Source: Azolla caroliniana
Taxonomy: Eukaryota; Plantae; Polypodiophyta
Assembly (NCBI GenBank): GCA_043228905.1
Contig: JBHGNT010000008.1
Span: 16,244,001-16,308,000, forward strand
Direction of reading: 5' to 3'
DNA length: 64,000 bases
The translations under genes were made by a program, and so were the position numbers. This document shows positions 1 to 11,834 of the stretch, one piece after another; the first letter of the stretch is position 1; the number at the start of each line of letters is the position of its first letter. Below the pieces are notes generated by a model. It saw nothing but the letters and a program-made list of their open reading frames with translations. It had not been told where the DNA came from and ran no database searches.

Positions 1-1245
1 CAACAGCAAAAGGGTGGCACCTCCATCAGATGGACGTGAAAAACGCTTTCCTCCAAGGAGAGCTAGAAGAAGAGGTGTATATGACACAACCACCCGGATT
101 CGAATCGCGTAATCATCCACACGCCATATGCCGACTCAACAATCCATTGTACGGCCTCAAACAAGCACCGTGTGCTTGGCATTCGAAGATCACGCAGTAT
201 CTTCATCAAGTCGAATTTCAGATGTCAAAATCCGACACTTTCCTGTACATCCGAAACGAGTCGGATAGCCCGATAATCATCATCTTGTACATGGATGATT
301 TGGTAATCAAAGGAAAGGATCTCGCTGAGATTAGCAAAGTTAAATCACTTCTTTCCGGTAGACTCGAAATGAAAGACCTGCATGAACTTCCTTACTTCCT
401 AGGTATTGAAGTAATTCGGACACCAGTCAGGATAATGATCTCACAACGGCACTACATCTTCAACCTCCTGTACAAATTCGGAATGACAGAGTGCAAATCT
501 GTGCCTAAACCTCTTGATCGCAATATCAAGATTGATGCCAGTTCCGTCACGGTCGAGACTAAACTAACTTAGTATCGCCAACTGATCGGTAGCTTGATCT
601 ATCTCACCATTATGCAACTCGACCTAAGTTATTCGGTCAGCCTACTCAGCCAATTCATGCAGAATCCGCGTAACCTTCATCTCGATTGTGCTAAGAGGAT
701 ACTACAGTATGTCAGTACAACAATGGATCACAACATCCTGTATAAGTCGAATACGACCATTCGACTTGAAGGGTACATAGACGCAGACTGGGCAGGATAG
801 AAAGCGGATAGACGATCCACATCCGGATTCGTCTTCTCCCTCGGCAGCGGAGCGATCTCCTGGAGCAGCAAGAAATAGCTGATAGTCGCACTGTCGAGCA
901 CTGAAGCCGAATACAGGGGCGCAACAGTCGCCGCATGCGAAGCTGTATGGCTTAGGCGTATACAAAAAGATCTGGGCGTACCCATCAAATATCCAATAAG
1001 CCTATACTGTGACAACATGAGTAGTATCTACCTCGCGCGTAACCCTGTATTTCACGCGCGGACTAAACACATCGAAGTGCACTACCACTTCATCCGCGAG
1101 CACGTCCAGGCCAGAGAAATTAACCTCCAACACATCAGCACGCACCACAAGTCACTGATATCTTTACGAAGGCCTTAGGCATCGACAAGCTCAGGCAATT
1201 TGCATCGGATCTTGGTCTCACATCGTCCACATTGCCGAGCTTGAG
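1..1245 (+). pseudogene. Degenerate copia pol (RT-RNase H) with in-frame stops
   Basis: ORFs 30..572 and 594..800 continue in frame past TAG stops. Confidence 0.9.
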
Positions 1246-1260
1246 GGGGAGTATGCAAAG

Positions 1261-1410
1261 GCAACACGGATAGGCTACGCAATACGCAACACGGATAGGA
1301 GATGAAGGAGTACGCAGACGCAACATGGATAGGCTACACAATACGCAACACGGATAGGAGACGAAGGAGTACGCAGATGCAACACGGATAAGCTACGCAA
1401 TACGCAACAC
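1261..1410 (+). repeat. 59-bp tandem repeat (about 2.5 copies) in the copia A 3' UTR
   Basis: Unit beginning GCAACACGGATAGGCTACGCAATAC starts at 1261, 1320 and 1379. Confidence 0.85.
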
Positions 1411-1480
1411 AACCGACGAGACAAGTCGAAGTACAAACCAAACGACTTTCCGAAAGATGGAAGTTGTGTTCGAAGGGGCG

Positions 1481-1748
1481 TGTTGAGAATCGAACTCAAC
1501 TTCCCATAGATAGGTTTCACACTAGCTCATGGACACTCCAGGCTAGTTTTGAAAATAGTAGAAAGGGCGCTTGCCCTAGCATAGTTGGTATATAAACCAA
1601 CTCATTGTACCTTAGTCACTGTTGGATGTATCTCATTTTGTTAATATCATATATACTTTTGTCTATCTCTGTCTCTTGTGCTCTCTCTCTCTCTCTCTCT
1701 CTACTGTTATACACACACACACATATGGTCACCTTCCGCTGCATTACA
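1481..1748 (+). repeat. 3' LTR of copia A
   Basis: TG..CA termini, preceded by GAAGGGGCG; TATATAAA near 1589; CT/CA microsatellites; CTTCCGC near the end. The right boundary is approximate. Confidence 0.7.
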
Positions 1749-2006
1749 ACCACTCTTGCCATTCCATTTCTTAACACGATCAACAAAGGAACTTCGGTAT
1801 TCTTTCTTGTTTTTTTATTTATTTTTTCTTCTCCCTTCTAATCATGTATATAGTCATATGTAATTTTTTTATATTAATTCAATGATGTTGTAGTGTTAAT
1901 TAATTGGTTATATAAAACGTTTACATATGTGCACGAGGTCAATACCTCATTTGACATATATTGTGATTAGTGTTGTATGCGTACGAGGTTAATACCTCAA
2001 TTACGT

Positions 2007-2830
2007 TGTCGTAGTGTAGGTTGCACACTATGTGGAAATTATATTTTTGTCCCTCCGGATAGAGAATGGAGCGCTCGGTGAGAACCGGAAGAAAACGGCA
2101 TACCGGCAAGGAGGAAAACGGCATACCAGCAGGGAAGAAAACGGCATACCGGCAAGGAAGAGCCGGATAAAGAGACATAAATGTAAAAAAAAAAAGAAAA
2201 AGGAAATACTCACTACTGCGTAGGGCGTGATTCAAACTTTGCACCTCCACGTTGACAAACCCCAACCTTACCATTACATTAACTTATCTTAAGTGTTTTA
2301 AATATAGATTTAATACGTATAAGACCTTTATTTATGCATACCTTTATTAAAAGGTAAATCGTGTATTTTTTTTTAATATATGAAAAAGAAAAAAAGAAAC
2401 ACGAGACACTAAAAATAACTCATGCACATCTAGCGTGCATGAGCCCTATACTTAGGAAATAAAAAAGCATCACATGCACATTTAGTGGACATGAACACTT
2501 TTTGTAAAAAAAAAAGCATGAAGCCATGCTTAGCTCTTCCTTCCTTATATAAGGAGGAGAGAAATATATAAAGGGTTGTTGATTATTTGGATTAAGTATT
2601 AATCAATACAAAAAATTATTCGTGGGATTCACGATTTATACATCTACTTCTCTCTTAACACCCTAAGTACCAATTAATATAGTATACTCGTGTGATTCAC
2701 GAGTTTCTTATCTTTCTCTTTGCTATTTACTCATAATTAATCTCTATCTCACGAACTTCTTTCTCCTAGTCCAAGACCTCTGTGGTTCCCACCCGACTCA
2801 CGCAACGATCCGGAGCCGAAAGGCACGACA
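2007..2830 (+). repeat. 5' LTR of G1 (824 bp)
   Basis: Near-identical to 8479-9244 apart from a 58-bp indel and a few substitutions. Confidence 0.95.
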
Positions 2831-2834
2831 CAGT

Positions 2835-2852
2835 TGGTGAACCCGACGTGAA
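2835..2852 (+). promoter_or_regulatory. Primer-binding site complementary to the tRNA-Trp 3' end
   Basis: TGGTGAACCCGACGTGAA is the reverse complement of plant tRNA-Trp ...TTCACGTCGGGTTCACCA and lies 4 nt after the LTR. Confidence 0.9.
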
Positions 2853-2868
2853 GACGGGTGGCAAGGAG

Positions 2869-4908
2869 ATGGAGGCTCAACAAGCTAACAATATGATGGC
2901 GATGTTCGAACGGATGCTTCAAGAACAACGCACGATGTCGGAGATTTCGGCATCAGTAGAGCGGCTCGTGCAACGCAACGGGCAATTTAATGGTAAGGAT
3001 GTGTCGCAATATTTGCAGGACTACAAGGCGGAGATGCTCCGGTGCCGGGCTTCGGAAGGACTGCAAGTGACATCCTTTAACCGGGTGGCGACCGACGGGC
3101 TTCAAGGGAGTATCCACGGGTTGCAACAACAAAATCCGACGTGGGAAGCATTCGAAGAGGCGTTAAAGACCACGTTTGCCATTGAGGACTCCTCCAAGGC
3201 AACGCGGAGGGGATTCAAGGATTGGGTGGAAACGTCAGGTAAGGGGCTGAAGGTCCTCGAAGTGTTTTCGACATTCGAAAGTCGGTTCGGGAGGTTGTCT
3301 GCGAGAGATCAAACTATTCTTGCACCGGACAAAGTCATCATGTTTTTGCGAGCTGTGGACGTCCGAGACTGGAAAGATCTCGGAGTGCTTCTTGAGGACA
3401 CGACCACCGAAAGCGGCCTCACCGAAACATGGGAAAGCGTGCGGGATATCGTCGCGCGGTACACGAAGAGGGGGCAATGGCTTGCCAACGAAGAAAAGAG
3501 GGTTTCGGAACCGATTCCGAAACCGAGAACGGGACTGGAAGACCATCAACCGAGGGCTCGGGAGATTACGGCCGAGAAGGGAGTCGACGCGTCTACGGTG
3601 GAGCAGCTGCTGAAGGAGATGGAGAATCTAAAGATCGCGATGGTGAAGAAGTCGGATGACCGCCCCACAAGCTCCAAATATACGGATCGACGGTGCATAT
3701 GGTGCGATAGCGCCGAACACGATCGGAGGGATTGCGACGACCATAAGGAGGCGCTACGACGGGATCTCATCTACTACGAGGGAAACCGGATTCATTCGAT
3801 GGACTCTCGGAAGCCACTCCGACCGAACTTCCGGAAAGGCGGCATGAAGAAGGTGCTCGAGGAGGAGTTAGCGGCAAGAAGCAACTATGCGACAACCGCG
3901 AGAATATGTGTCGGGGAGTCATCGGGAGCGAAGGCGTCTTTCTGGCCGGAGGTGCTAGGAAACACCGAGAAAACCGAGTCCAACGATATCCGAAACACCG
4001 CGGAAGGTGTCCGGGAAGCTACGGGATGGGAGTGCCCTGTCGACAAGAATAGCATATACGCCCTGTGTCAATTACATGAGGTGTATGTGGACGAGAAATG
4101 ACGGCGCACGGAGGATGCGGCCGGACCATCGTAGATACCGGAAAGCTGGAACTCCGGAGGTAAGGGAAAAGAAAAGGCGACTCCGGCATTCAAGCTCGCC
4201 TCGGACATAGAACAACAAACCGACTTGAAAAGAGTGTTCGAGGAAAGAATCTTGGATAGCCGGGTAGATTTTTCGCTGCGGGAACTACTCGGAATAGTGA
4301 AGAAGGAGTTTCACGATCTTCTCGTGGATCTCGTGAAAAGGAAGAGACAAAGTACGGAGGAAAATGCTCCAAGGGTGAATGCAAATACCGTTTCAATGAA
4401 CGACACCGAAGTGGAAGGCGAAATTCCGAACTCCCACTATACAAGGCCACACTGGGCACGTGCGACTACGGAGACTCCGGTCCGAATCGGCAACATCAAA
4501 GAACCCGTGCTAGCATTGATTGATCACGGATCGGAGATCAACTTGATGTCCAAGGAGTTCTACCGAAAGGGGAAGTGGCCTATAAACACCAACCATGGAT
4601 GGAAGATTCGGGCAGCCACGAAAACGACAGAAGACCTATTTGCGGCTTGTCCGGATGTGACGGTAAAGATCGGGGATGTCGAAATTGACCAAAATTTCTT
4701 TGTGCAGGATGAGGTTTCACATTCTGTCATCCTCAGCCAACCCTTTATCACGGCTTCACGGATGGAGACGAAGGTGCTCGATAGTGGTGCGGCTTTTGCG
4801 CGAATTCGGAGCCAAAACGGAGAGAAATCCGTCCAATTCCTAACGGTGCCGGCAAATCACGAAAGGAACAAGAGGGAACTCTTGTCCCAAGTGAGAATGG
4901 ATTTTTAA
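2869..4908 (+). pseudogene. G1 gag-protease ORF with two premature stops
   Basis: ATG at 2869; zinc knuckle CIWCDSAEHDRRDC; aspartic protease motif LIDHGSEIN; ORFs 2782..4101 and 4225..4908 share a frame and are separated by TGA 4099 and TAG 4132. Confidence 0.9.
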
Positions 4909-4962
4909 AGCGGACTGTTGCGGAGTGGGGAAGTGATAGTCCGAGAAGCCCTGATACCCCAC
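4899..4962 (+). promoter_or_regulatory. Predicted -1 ribosomal frameshift signal of G1 (slippery site plus pseudoknot)
   Basis: G GAT TTT then TAA; 5-nt spacer; stem CGGACTGT/ATAGTCCG; loop GTGGGG complementary to CCCCAC at 4957-4962; the -1 frame is open into pol. Confidence 0.75.
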
Positions 4963-7900
4963 ACAGGAAGAAAACTCTCGGAGCAAAACAAGTACGAATC
5001 GGCCCGGATGGGGCATCTACGTACACGGCCGTAACCGGAGGAATGAAGAAACAATACCGAAAAGTGGAGGATAAGTTACGGTCGGCATCAATAATAAAAG
5101 AAGACGAAGAAATCGTGGGAGTGATCGAGGAAGTGTTCTATGGGAATACACTACAACGGCTTGAAGAGCTTGCGGAAGATAAAAGCCAAGGGAACCGGGT
5201 AGTCCCGGTGGAATCGGTCGAGATGTACGAGATCGTTGCGAAAATGGGGCCGGATGCGCTCCGCAAAGAAGAAGCAATGGTAAGTACGAAATACAAGACC
5301 GTGGAGAAGAAGGTGAAACCGGCCGCGGGACCACTACCCGCCGATAGCGAACAAAAGAAGAAAGAAGTCTCGGGAGATCCGACACTTCGGAAGTCCGTGG
5401 ATATCGGACATGCCTTCACAGATGAGACCCGGAAGAAACTTCGGATCGGTGGAGGTGGGTTCCTCTTACAAGAAGAAGAAAAACGGTTTCGAGAGATGTT
5501 GGAGCAACATGGCAAAGCATTCGCGTTCACATCGAGGGAGATCGGATGCATTGATCCAAAGATAGTGGAGCCGATGGTGATTTTCACGATTGATCATGTA
5601 CCGTGGAACCTGAAGCCGATTCCGGTGCCACGGGCGCATATTCCGAAAGTCATCGACTTGCTCAAGGAGAAGGTGGCGATGGGGATTCTAGAGCCATCAA
5701 GTGCTCCGTACTCAAATCGATGGTTTACGGTTCCGAAGAAGAATGGGTCACTCCGATTCATCCAAGACTTGCAACCGGTGAACAAGGTCACGATCCGGAA
5801 CTCGGGAGTCGGTCCGATAGTGGACGAATTCGCGGAAGCTTTTGCCGGACGTGCGATATACTCCATCGGGGACCTATACTCGGGGTATGACCAATTCCAA
5901 CTAGCCGTGGAGAGCCGAGACATCACTACCATGTGGACACCGATAGGACTAGTTCGAATGTGCACACTACCACAAGGAGCGACAAACTCGGTTGCACATA
6001 TGATGAACGCGATGAACAAGGTGCTTCGAGATTGCATCCCGGAGATAACGATGCCGTTTCTAGATGACATTCCGATGAAAGGATGCGCGGTGGAAGAAAA
6101 AGATGAGACTATGGATGATCGGGGATGCCGAAAGTTCGTGGTCGACCATATTCATGATTGCGAGAAAGTGTTGCGAAAGCTAGAAGATGTGCACCTAACA
6201 CTTTCCGGGGAGAAATCGGCATTCGGGCAAGAAGAAATATTGGTGGTCGGACATCTATGTGGACCCTACGGCCGAAGACCGTCACCAACAAAGATCGATG
6301 CGATTCAAGCTATGAAGGAAGTATGTGAGTCAACATCGGAAGTCCGAAGGTTTATGGGTGCGTGTGCATTCTATCACATATGGATTCCGCACTATGCACA
6401 TGTAGCGGACCCGCTCTATCACTTGTTGCGGAAAGGTAAGAAATTCGAGTGGAAACCGGAACACACTAAAGCCATGAGGAAGCTCAAGAAGACACTATGA
6501 AGCCAAGCTACGAGCGGCCAATCATAGTAACGGTTGATACAAGTCCAACCGGTATCGGGTGGGTCATCAATCAAGCCGACTCGGATGGTTCGCGGTATCC
6601 GATCCGATTTGGAGCAAAGGTCCTCAACGAAAGGCAACGCGGATATGCACAAGTCAAAAGAGAATTGTGGGGAGTCGTGTCGGCGATAAAATCGGATCGG
6701 GATTATTTGATCGGAGCTGAAGTGGTGATCGAGACGGATTGTCTTCCGATACTCGGGATGATGCGGTGTTGTACGATACCGGATGTGGCTATGCTAAGGT
6801 GGATTGCATATGTCAAGTCACTTAATCCGGAGGTTCGACACATCTCGGGGAAGGACAACGCGGTAGCGGACATGTTATCGAGGGCGCGGTTTGAAGACAA
6901 CATAACCGAATTAGATAATGAAGAAGTTTCCGAAGACTACTTCACGTCAGAACACATATGCCGAGTGAACGTGATCCGAGAATTCCGGGAAGAAGAATAC
7001 GAGGGGGAAACCTTGATGATCGGGAAGATGCTACAAGAGGTCGAGGATTCAACCAATGATAAAGAAAGGAGAGCCGAGATCCGAAGGAAGAAGAGGCAAG
7101 TCCAAAAGTTCTTCTTGGAAAACGGTTTAATATGGAGGACGCCGAAAAGACCGGATGGGATACCACTTCGAGTAGTCGGGACGAAAGAGCAACGAAACCG
7201 GATAATGTCCGAGTTCCACAAATCCGATTGGGCTGGACATCGAGGAACATGGGCAACTTTTGTGAAAATCAAGCAAAGATATTGGTGGAAGAACATGTAT
7301 AAAGATGTCGCGGAGTTCACAGAAAGCTGCGAGAAATGTCAAGTCTACTCCGGGGTCCGACACCGAGATAAGCTGCATCCGACATTCTCACCGACAATCA
7401 ACTTCAAGTGGATGGTCGACATTGTAGCTATGCCGACCGGGATTGGACAAAAGAAATACTTGGTGTTAGCTCGAGAAGATCTCACAAACCAAGTTGAAGG
7501 TCGAGCGCTTCGGAGGAAAACGTGTGCCGCGGTGTGCCAATTTCTTTTGGAAGAAGTGTTTTGTAGGTACGGCTGCGTAGGACAAGTGATTGCGGACCGG
7601 GGAGAACTCGACTCGGACAAAGCTAGGGGATTCTTCGCCAAACATGGAGTTCGGTTAACGTTGACAACGGCCTACAATCCGGAGGCCAACGGGAAGATCG
7701 AACGAGGACATAGTCCGATCGTGAAAGCACTTGCGAAGGCATGCGACGGAAGGGTGAAGGATTGGCCACAAATGCTTCCGTATGCACTATGGGCGGATCG
7801 GACGACGCATAGCTCCGTGACCGGTTACATGCCGGCAGAACTCATGACTGGACAAGCACCGGTAATGCCAACGGAAACCGCAATCGCGACATGGACAATA

Positions 7901-8491
7901 CTACCGTGGAAGGAAGAGATGAACTGGGAAGAACTACTAGCGGTCCGGATACGACAACTGGAGGGAAGACCGAAAGATGTAGCGGAAGCGTCACGCCGAC
8001 AACAAGAAGCACGGTTCCGGAACAAAAGCCGGTTCGACACAAAGCACCGACTACGACCGAGGAGGATTGAAGAAGGAGATTGGGTGATCGTCTATGATAG
8101 TAGCTTGGACCATCAACATACAACGATGCGGAAATTCGCGAAAAGGTGGTTCGGGCCGTACGAGGTTCGGAAGGTCTTCGACAACGGGACGTACCGACTG
8201 TCCGAGTTGGATGGAACAATACTACGAGTGCCTATAGCCGGGAAGCGGGTGAAGATTTTCAAGAAGCAGACCGACGACAAACCTTATGTGATCCAAGTCG
8301 AGGCCGACAACGAGGAGCAATCGGACGAAGACCACAATGATGCGGGAAGCGAAGAAAGTGGATTACAACTCATAGTCGACATAAGGGGAGAATCGGAGGA
8401 AGCTTCGGATGAAGACGGATACGAAGAATCAAGAACTTCGGCACATACCGGAGGATGTGCGGGTTTGGAGGGGGCGAGTGTCGTAGTGTAG
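4902..8491 (+). pseudogene. G1 pol (RT-RNase H-integrase) with one frameshift near 6497
   Basis: RT motifs DLYSGYDQ, LPQGATNS and FLDD; RH motifs VDTS and ETDC; INT with HHCC, D..D..E and GPY motifs and an acidic tail. Confidence 0.92.
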
Positions 8492-9244
8492 TTTGCACAC
8501 TATGTGGAAATTATATTTTTGTCCCTCCGGATAGAGAATGGAGCGCTCGGTGAGAACCGGAAGAAAACGGCATACCGGCAAGGAGGAAAACGGCATACCG
8601 GCAGGGAAGAAAACGGCAAATACTCACTACTGCGCAGGGCGTGATTCGAACTCTACACCTCCACGTTGACAAACCCCAACCTTACCATTACATTAACTTA
8701 TCTTAAGTGTTTTAAATATAGATTTAATACGTATAAGACCTTTATTTATGCATACCTTTATTAAAAGGTAAATCGTGTATTTTTTTTTAATATATGAAAA
8801 AGAAAAAAAGAAACACGAGACACTAAAAATAACTCATGCACATCTAGCGTGCATGAGCCCTATACTTAGGAAATAAAAAAGCATCACATGCACATTTAGT
8901 GGACATGAACACTTTTTGTAAAAAAAAAAGCATGAAGCCATGCTTAGCTCTTCCTTCCTTATATAAGGAGGAGAGAAATATATAAAGGGTTGTTGATTAT
9001 TTGGATTAAGTATTAATCAATACAAAAAATTATTCGTGGGATTCACGATTTATACATCTACTTCTCTCTTAACACCCTAAGTACCAATTAATATAGTATA
9101 CTCGTGTGATTCACGAGTTTCTTATCTTTCTCTTTGCTATTTACTCATAATTAATCTCTATCTCACGAACTTCTTTCTCCTAGTCCAAGACCTCTGTGGT
9201 TCCCACCCGACTCACGCAACGATCCGGAGCCGAAAGGCACGACA
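8479..9244 (+). repeat. 3' LTR of G1 (766 bp)
   Basis: Follows PPT GGAGGGGGCGAG and matches the 5' LTR. Confidence 0.95.
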
Positions 9245-9248
9245 ACGT

Positions 9249-11834
9249 TGTCGTGCCTTTCGGCTCCGGATCGTTTGCGTGAGTCGGGTGGGAACCACCG
9301 GGGTTTTGGACTAGGAGAAAGAAAAATACAAATAAGGCTAGTAAAGAATAGGTATAAAGAGTTATAAGATAAGAATCCCGTGAATCCCACGAGTTTAGTA
9401 TATTTAGTCAATATTTAGGTAGTAAGAGAGAATTATTTTTAGCAAATTCGTGAATCCCACGAATATTTTAGATTGATTGATCATTATAGAAAAATAATCA
9501 ACAAAACTACAATGTGCTCCCCATCCTTATATAGTGATGGGAGAGACTAAGCATAGCTACATGCTTTTTCTAATATGTTCATGCACACTAAATGTGCATG
9601 TGATGCTTTTCTAATCCTTGCTTTTATTTGCTAAATATAGTGCTCATTCATGCTAGATGTGCATGAGTCACTTTTTAGTCGCTTGCGTTTTTCTATAAAA
9701 TATTCACGCACTCTAAAAATGCATGATTTACCTTTTAATAAAGGTAGGCGCAAATAAAGCACTTATAGTTATTAAATCTATTTGTAGAACACTAAAGATA
9801 AGGTAGCATAATGGTAAAGTTGAGGTTTATCTATGTGGAGGTGCAAGGTTTGAATCTTGCCCTATGCACGTGATAAATATCTTGATATTCTTATTTTATT
9901 TATTTATATGTAATTAAATCGGTTATATTATTTTTACTTTTTCACGTAGTGTACAAAATACCTTCTTCTCGGCTATCTCTTCATCGTATTCGTCGGCTTC
10001 GACATTCGTTTTCTCTCCGCCACCTTCCGTCTCTTCGGTCTCACGTTGCCTTTCGATCGCAACCGCCGGAGTCTCTGGAATCAGTGGTGGGGAAGTCTCG
10101 ATATGGCAATCCGCCATTGATTCGTCCATAGCCACCTCCGATTCGATTTCGTCTTTTGTGGCTACCTCCTTAATCACATCCGCTTCACACTCTTTATCTG
10201 CATCAATTATGCAAACATCTATTATGCTTACCCCTTTTTGACCCGATGTCTCGGGCACTTGTATCCCGAAATTTCCTTCTACACTTGAATTATCGGCCTT
10301 ATCCTTCGCCATCGTTCTTTCACAAGACGAGTGGGTGTCTTGTTCCACTCTTTCTCCCGTGGTACCATCATGTTGTATTTCGGCCTTCATATTGGCTTCA
10401 TCGTTTTTCCTCAATCGACCATCCTTCATGGGCCATGTCGTTGTTGACGAGATTCTCAGCTTCCTTTCATCATGTCTTCGGCATACCCTTTCGACTTTGG
10501 CCCAATCCTCGGTAAGGCCGTTCGCACCGTCATCATCTTCGAGTTCGATCCCAATGTCCATCCTTTCTTTCCGATCGATCGATTTTACGAACATTAGGAC
10601 TTTATCCTCTCCCACCAATCGTTGTTCTCGCTCCGAGAGTCGAGCAAAACGATGCTCGAACTCTAGGAATGCTTGTGTTGCACTTCAGTGGGTCTTCTCC
10701 GATGCCACCCATTCGTCGAATTTTCGCCGATCTTGTCCCTTCGATCTCTTGTAATCATATGCCTCTCGTAAAGCTTCTTCGAATGACCCCCATGTCGAGT
10801 TTTGTTGCCGTATCTTGTGGATTCTCTCTTGTAGCTCATCCGTGGCCACCCGATTGAAGGATGTCACTTGCAATCCTTCCGGTATCCCACATCGTATCAT
10901 CTCCGCCTTGTAGTCACGTAGATAGCGTGACACATCATTTCCGTCGAATTGTCCATTTCGTTGTACGAGCCGCTTTACTGCCCCCGTGATCTCCGACATC
11001 ACTCGTTGTTCTTGTAGCATCCGCTCGAACATCATCATCATCGTTATGCTCATTGCCTCTTGTTGATTCTCCATCTCCTTGCCACCCGCCTTCACGTCGG
11101 GTTCACCAACTGTGTCGTGCCTTTCGGCTCCGGATCGTTTGCGTGAGTCGGGTGGGAACCACCGGGGTTTTGGACTAGGAGAAAGAAAAATACAAATAAG
11201 GCTAGTAAAGAATAGGTATAAAGAGTTATAAGATAAGAATCCCGTGAATCCCACGAGTTTAGTATATTTAGTCAATATTTAGGTAGTAAGAGAGAATTAT
11301 TTTTAGCAAATTCGTGAATCCCACGAATATTTTAGATTGATTGATCATTATAGAAAAATAATCAACAAAACTACAATGTGCTCCCCATCCTTATATAGTG
11401 ATGGGAGAGACTAAGCATAGCTACATGCTTTTTCTAATATGTTCATGCACACTAAATGTGCATGTGATGCTTTTCTAATCCTTGCTTTTATTTGCTAAAT
11501 ATAGTGCTCATTCATGCTAGATGTGCATGAGTCACTTTTTAGTCGCTTGCGTTTTTCTATAAAATATTCACGCACTCTAAAAATGCATGATTTACCTTTT
11601 AATAAAGGTAGGCGCAAATAAAGCACTTATAGTTATTAAATCTATTTGTAGAACACTAAAGATAAGGTAGCATAATGGTAAAGTTGAGGTTTATCTATGT
11701 GGAGGTGCAAGGTTTGAATCTTGCCCTATGCACGTGATAAATATCTTGATATTCTTATTTTATTTATTTATATGTAATTAAATCGGTTATATTATTTTTA
11801 CTTTTTCACGTAGTGTACAAAATACACTACGACA
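9249..11834 (-). mobile_element. Internally deleted relative of G1 (element G2), tail-to-tail with G1
   Basis: 5' LTR 11113-11834; 3' LTR 9249-9961 missing its first 9 nt; tRNA-Trp PBS 11091-11108; ACGT on both flanks (9245-9248 and 11835-11838). Confidence 0.93.
9962..11074 (-). pseudogene. G2 gag remnant with an acidic C-terminal region; no pol
   Basis: MFERMLQEQR...RLVQRNGQFDG is homologous to G1 Gag; frameshift near 10685; continues in ORF 9923..10618. Confidence 0.85.

Larger units (their letters stand above)
1..1748 (+). mobile_element. 3' part of a Ty1/copia LTR retrotransposon (copia A): RT, RNase H, 3' UTR and 3' LTR
   Basis: RT motifs MDVKNAFLQG, LYGLKQAP and LYMDD; RNase H motifs DADWAG and RTKHIEVHYHF; purine tracts at 1241-1251 and 1472-1480; LTR begins TGTTG at 1481 and ends ...TTACA at about 1748. 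Confidence 0.9.
2007..9244 (+). mobile_element. Full-length Ty3/gypsy LTR retrotransposon, tRNA-Trp-primed, no chromodomain (element G1)
   Basis: LTRs 2007-2830 and 8479-9244 (TGTCG...CGACA); PBS 2835-2852; PPT 8467-8478; 4-bp TSD ACGT (2003-2006 and 9245-9248); domain order gag-PR, RT, RH, INT. Confidence 0.95.

Noticed and set aside
1261-1410. Repeat-spacer-like pattern resembling a CRISPR array
   Set aside because: The intervening segments are themselves repeated, the context is a copia 3' UTR in a plant genome, and there are no cas genes.
11091-11108. tRNA-Trp 3' end including CCA on the plus strand
   Set aside because: It is only 18 nt and adjacent to an LTR, so it is the PBS of G2 and not a tRNA gene.
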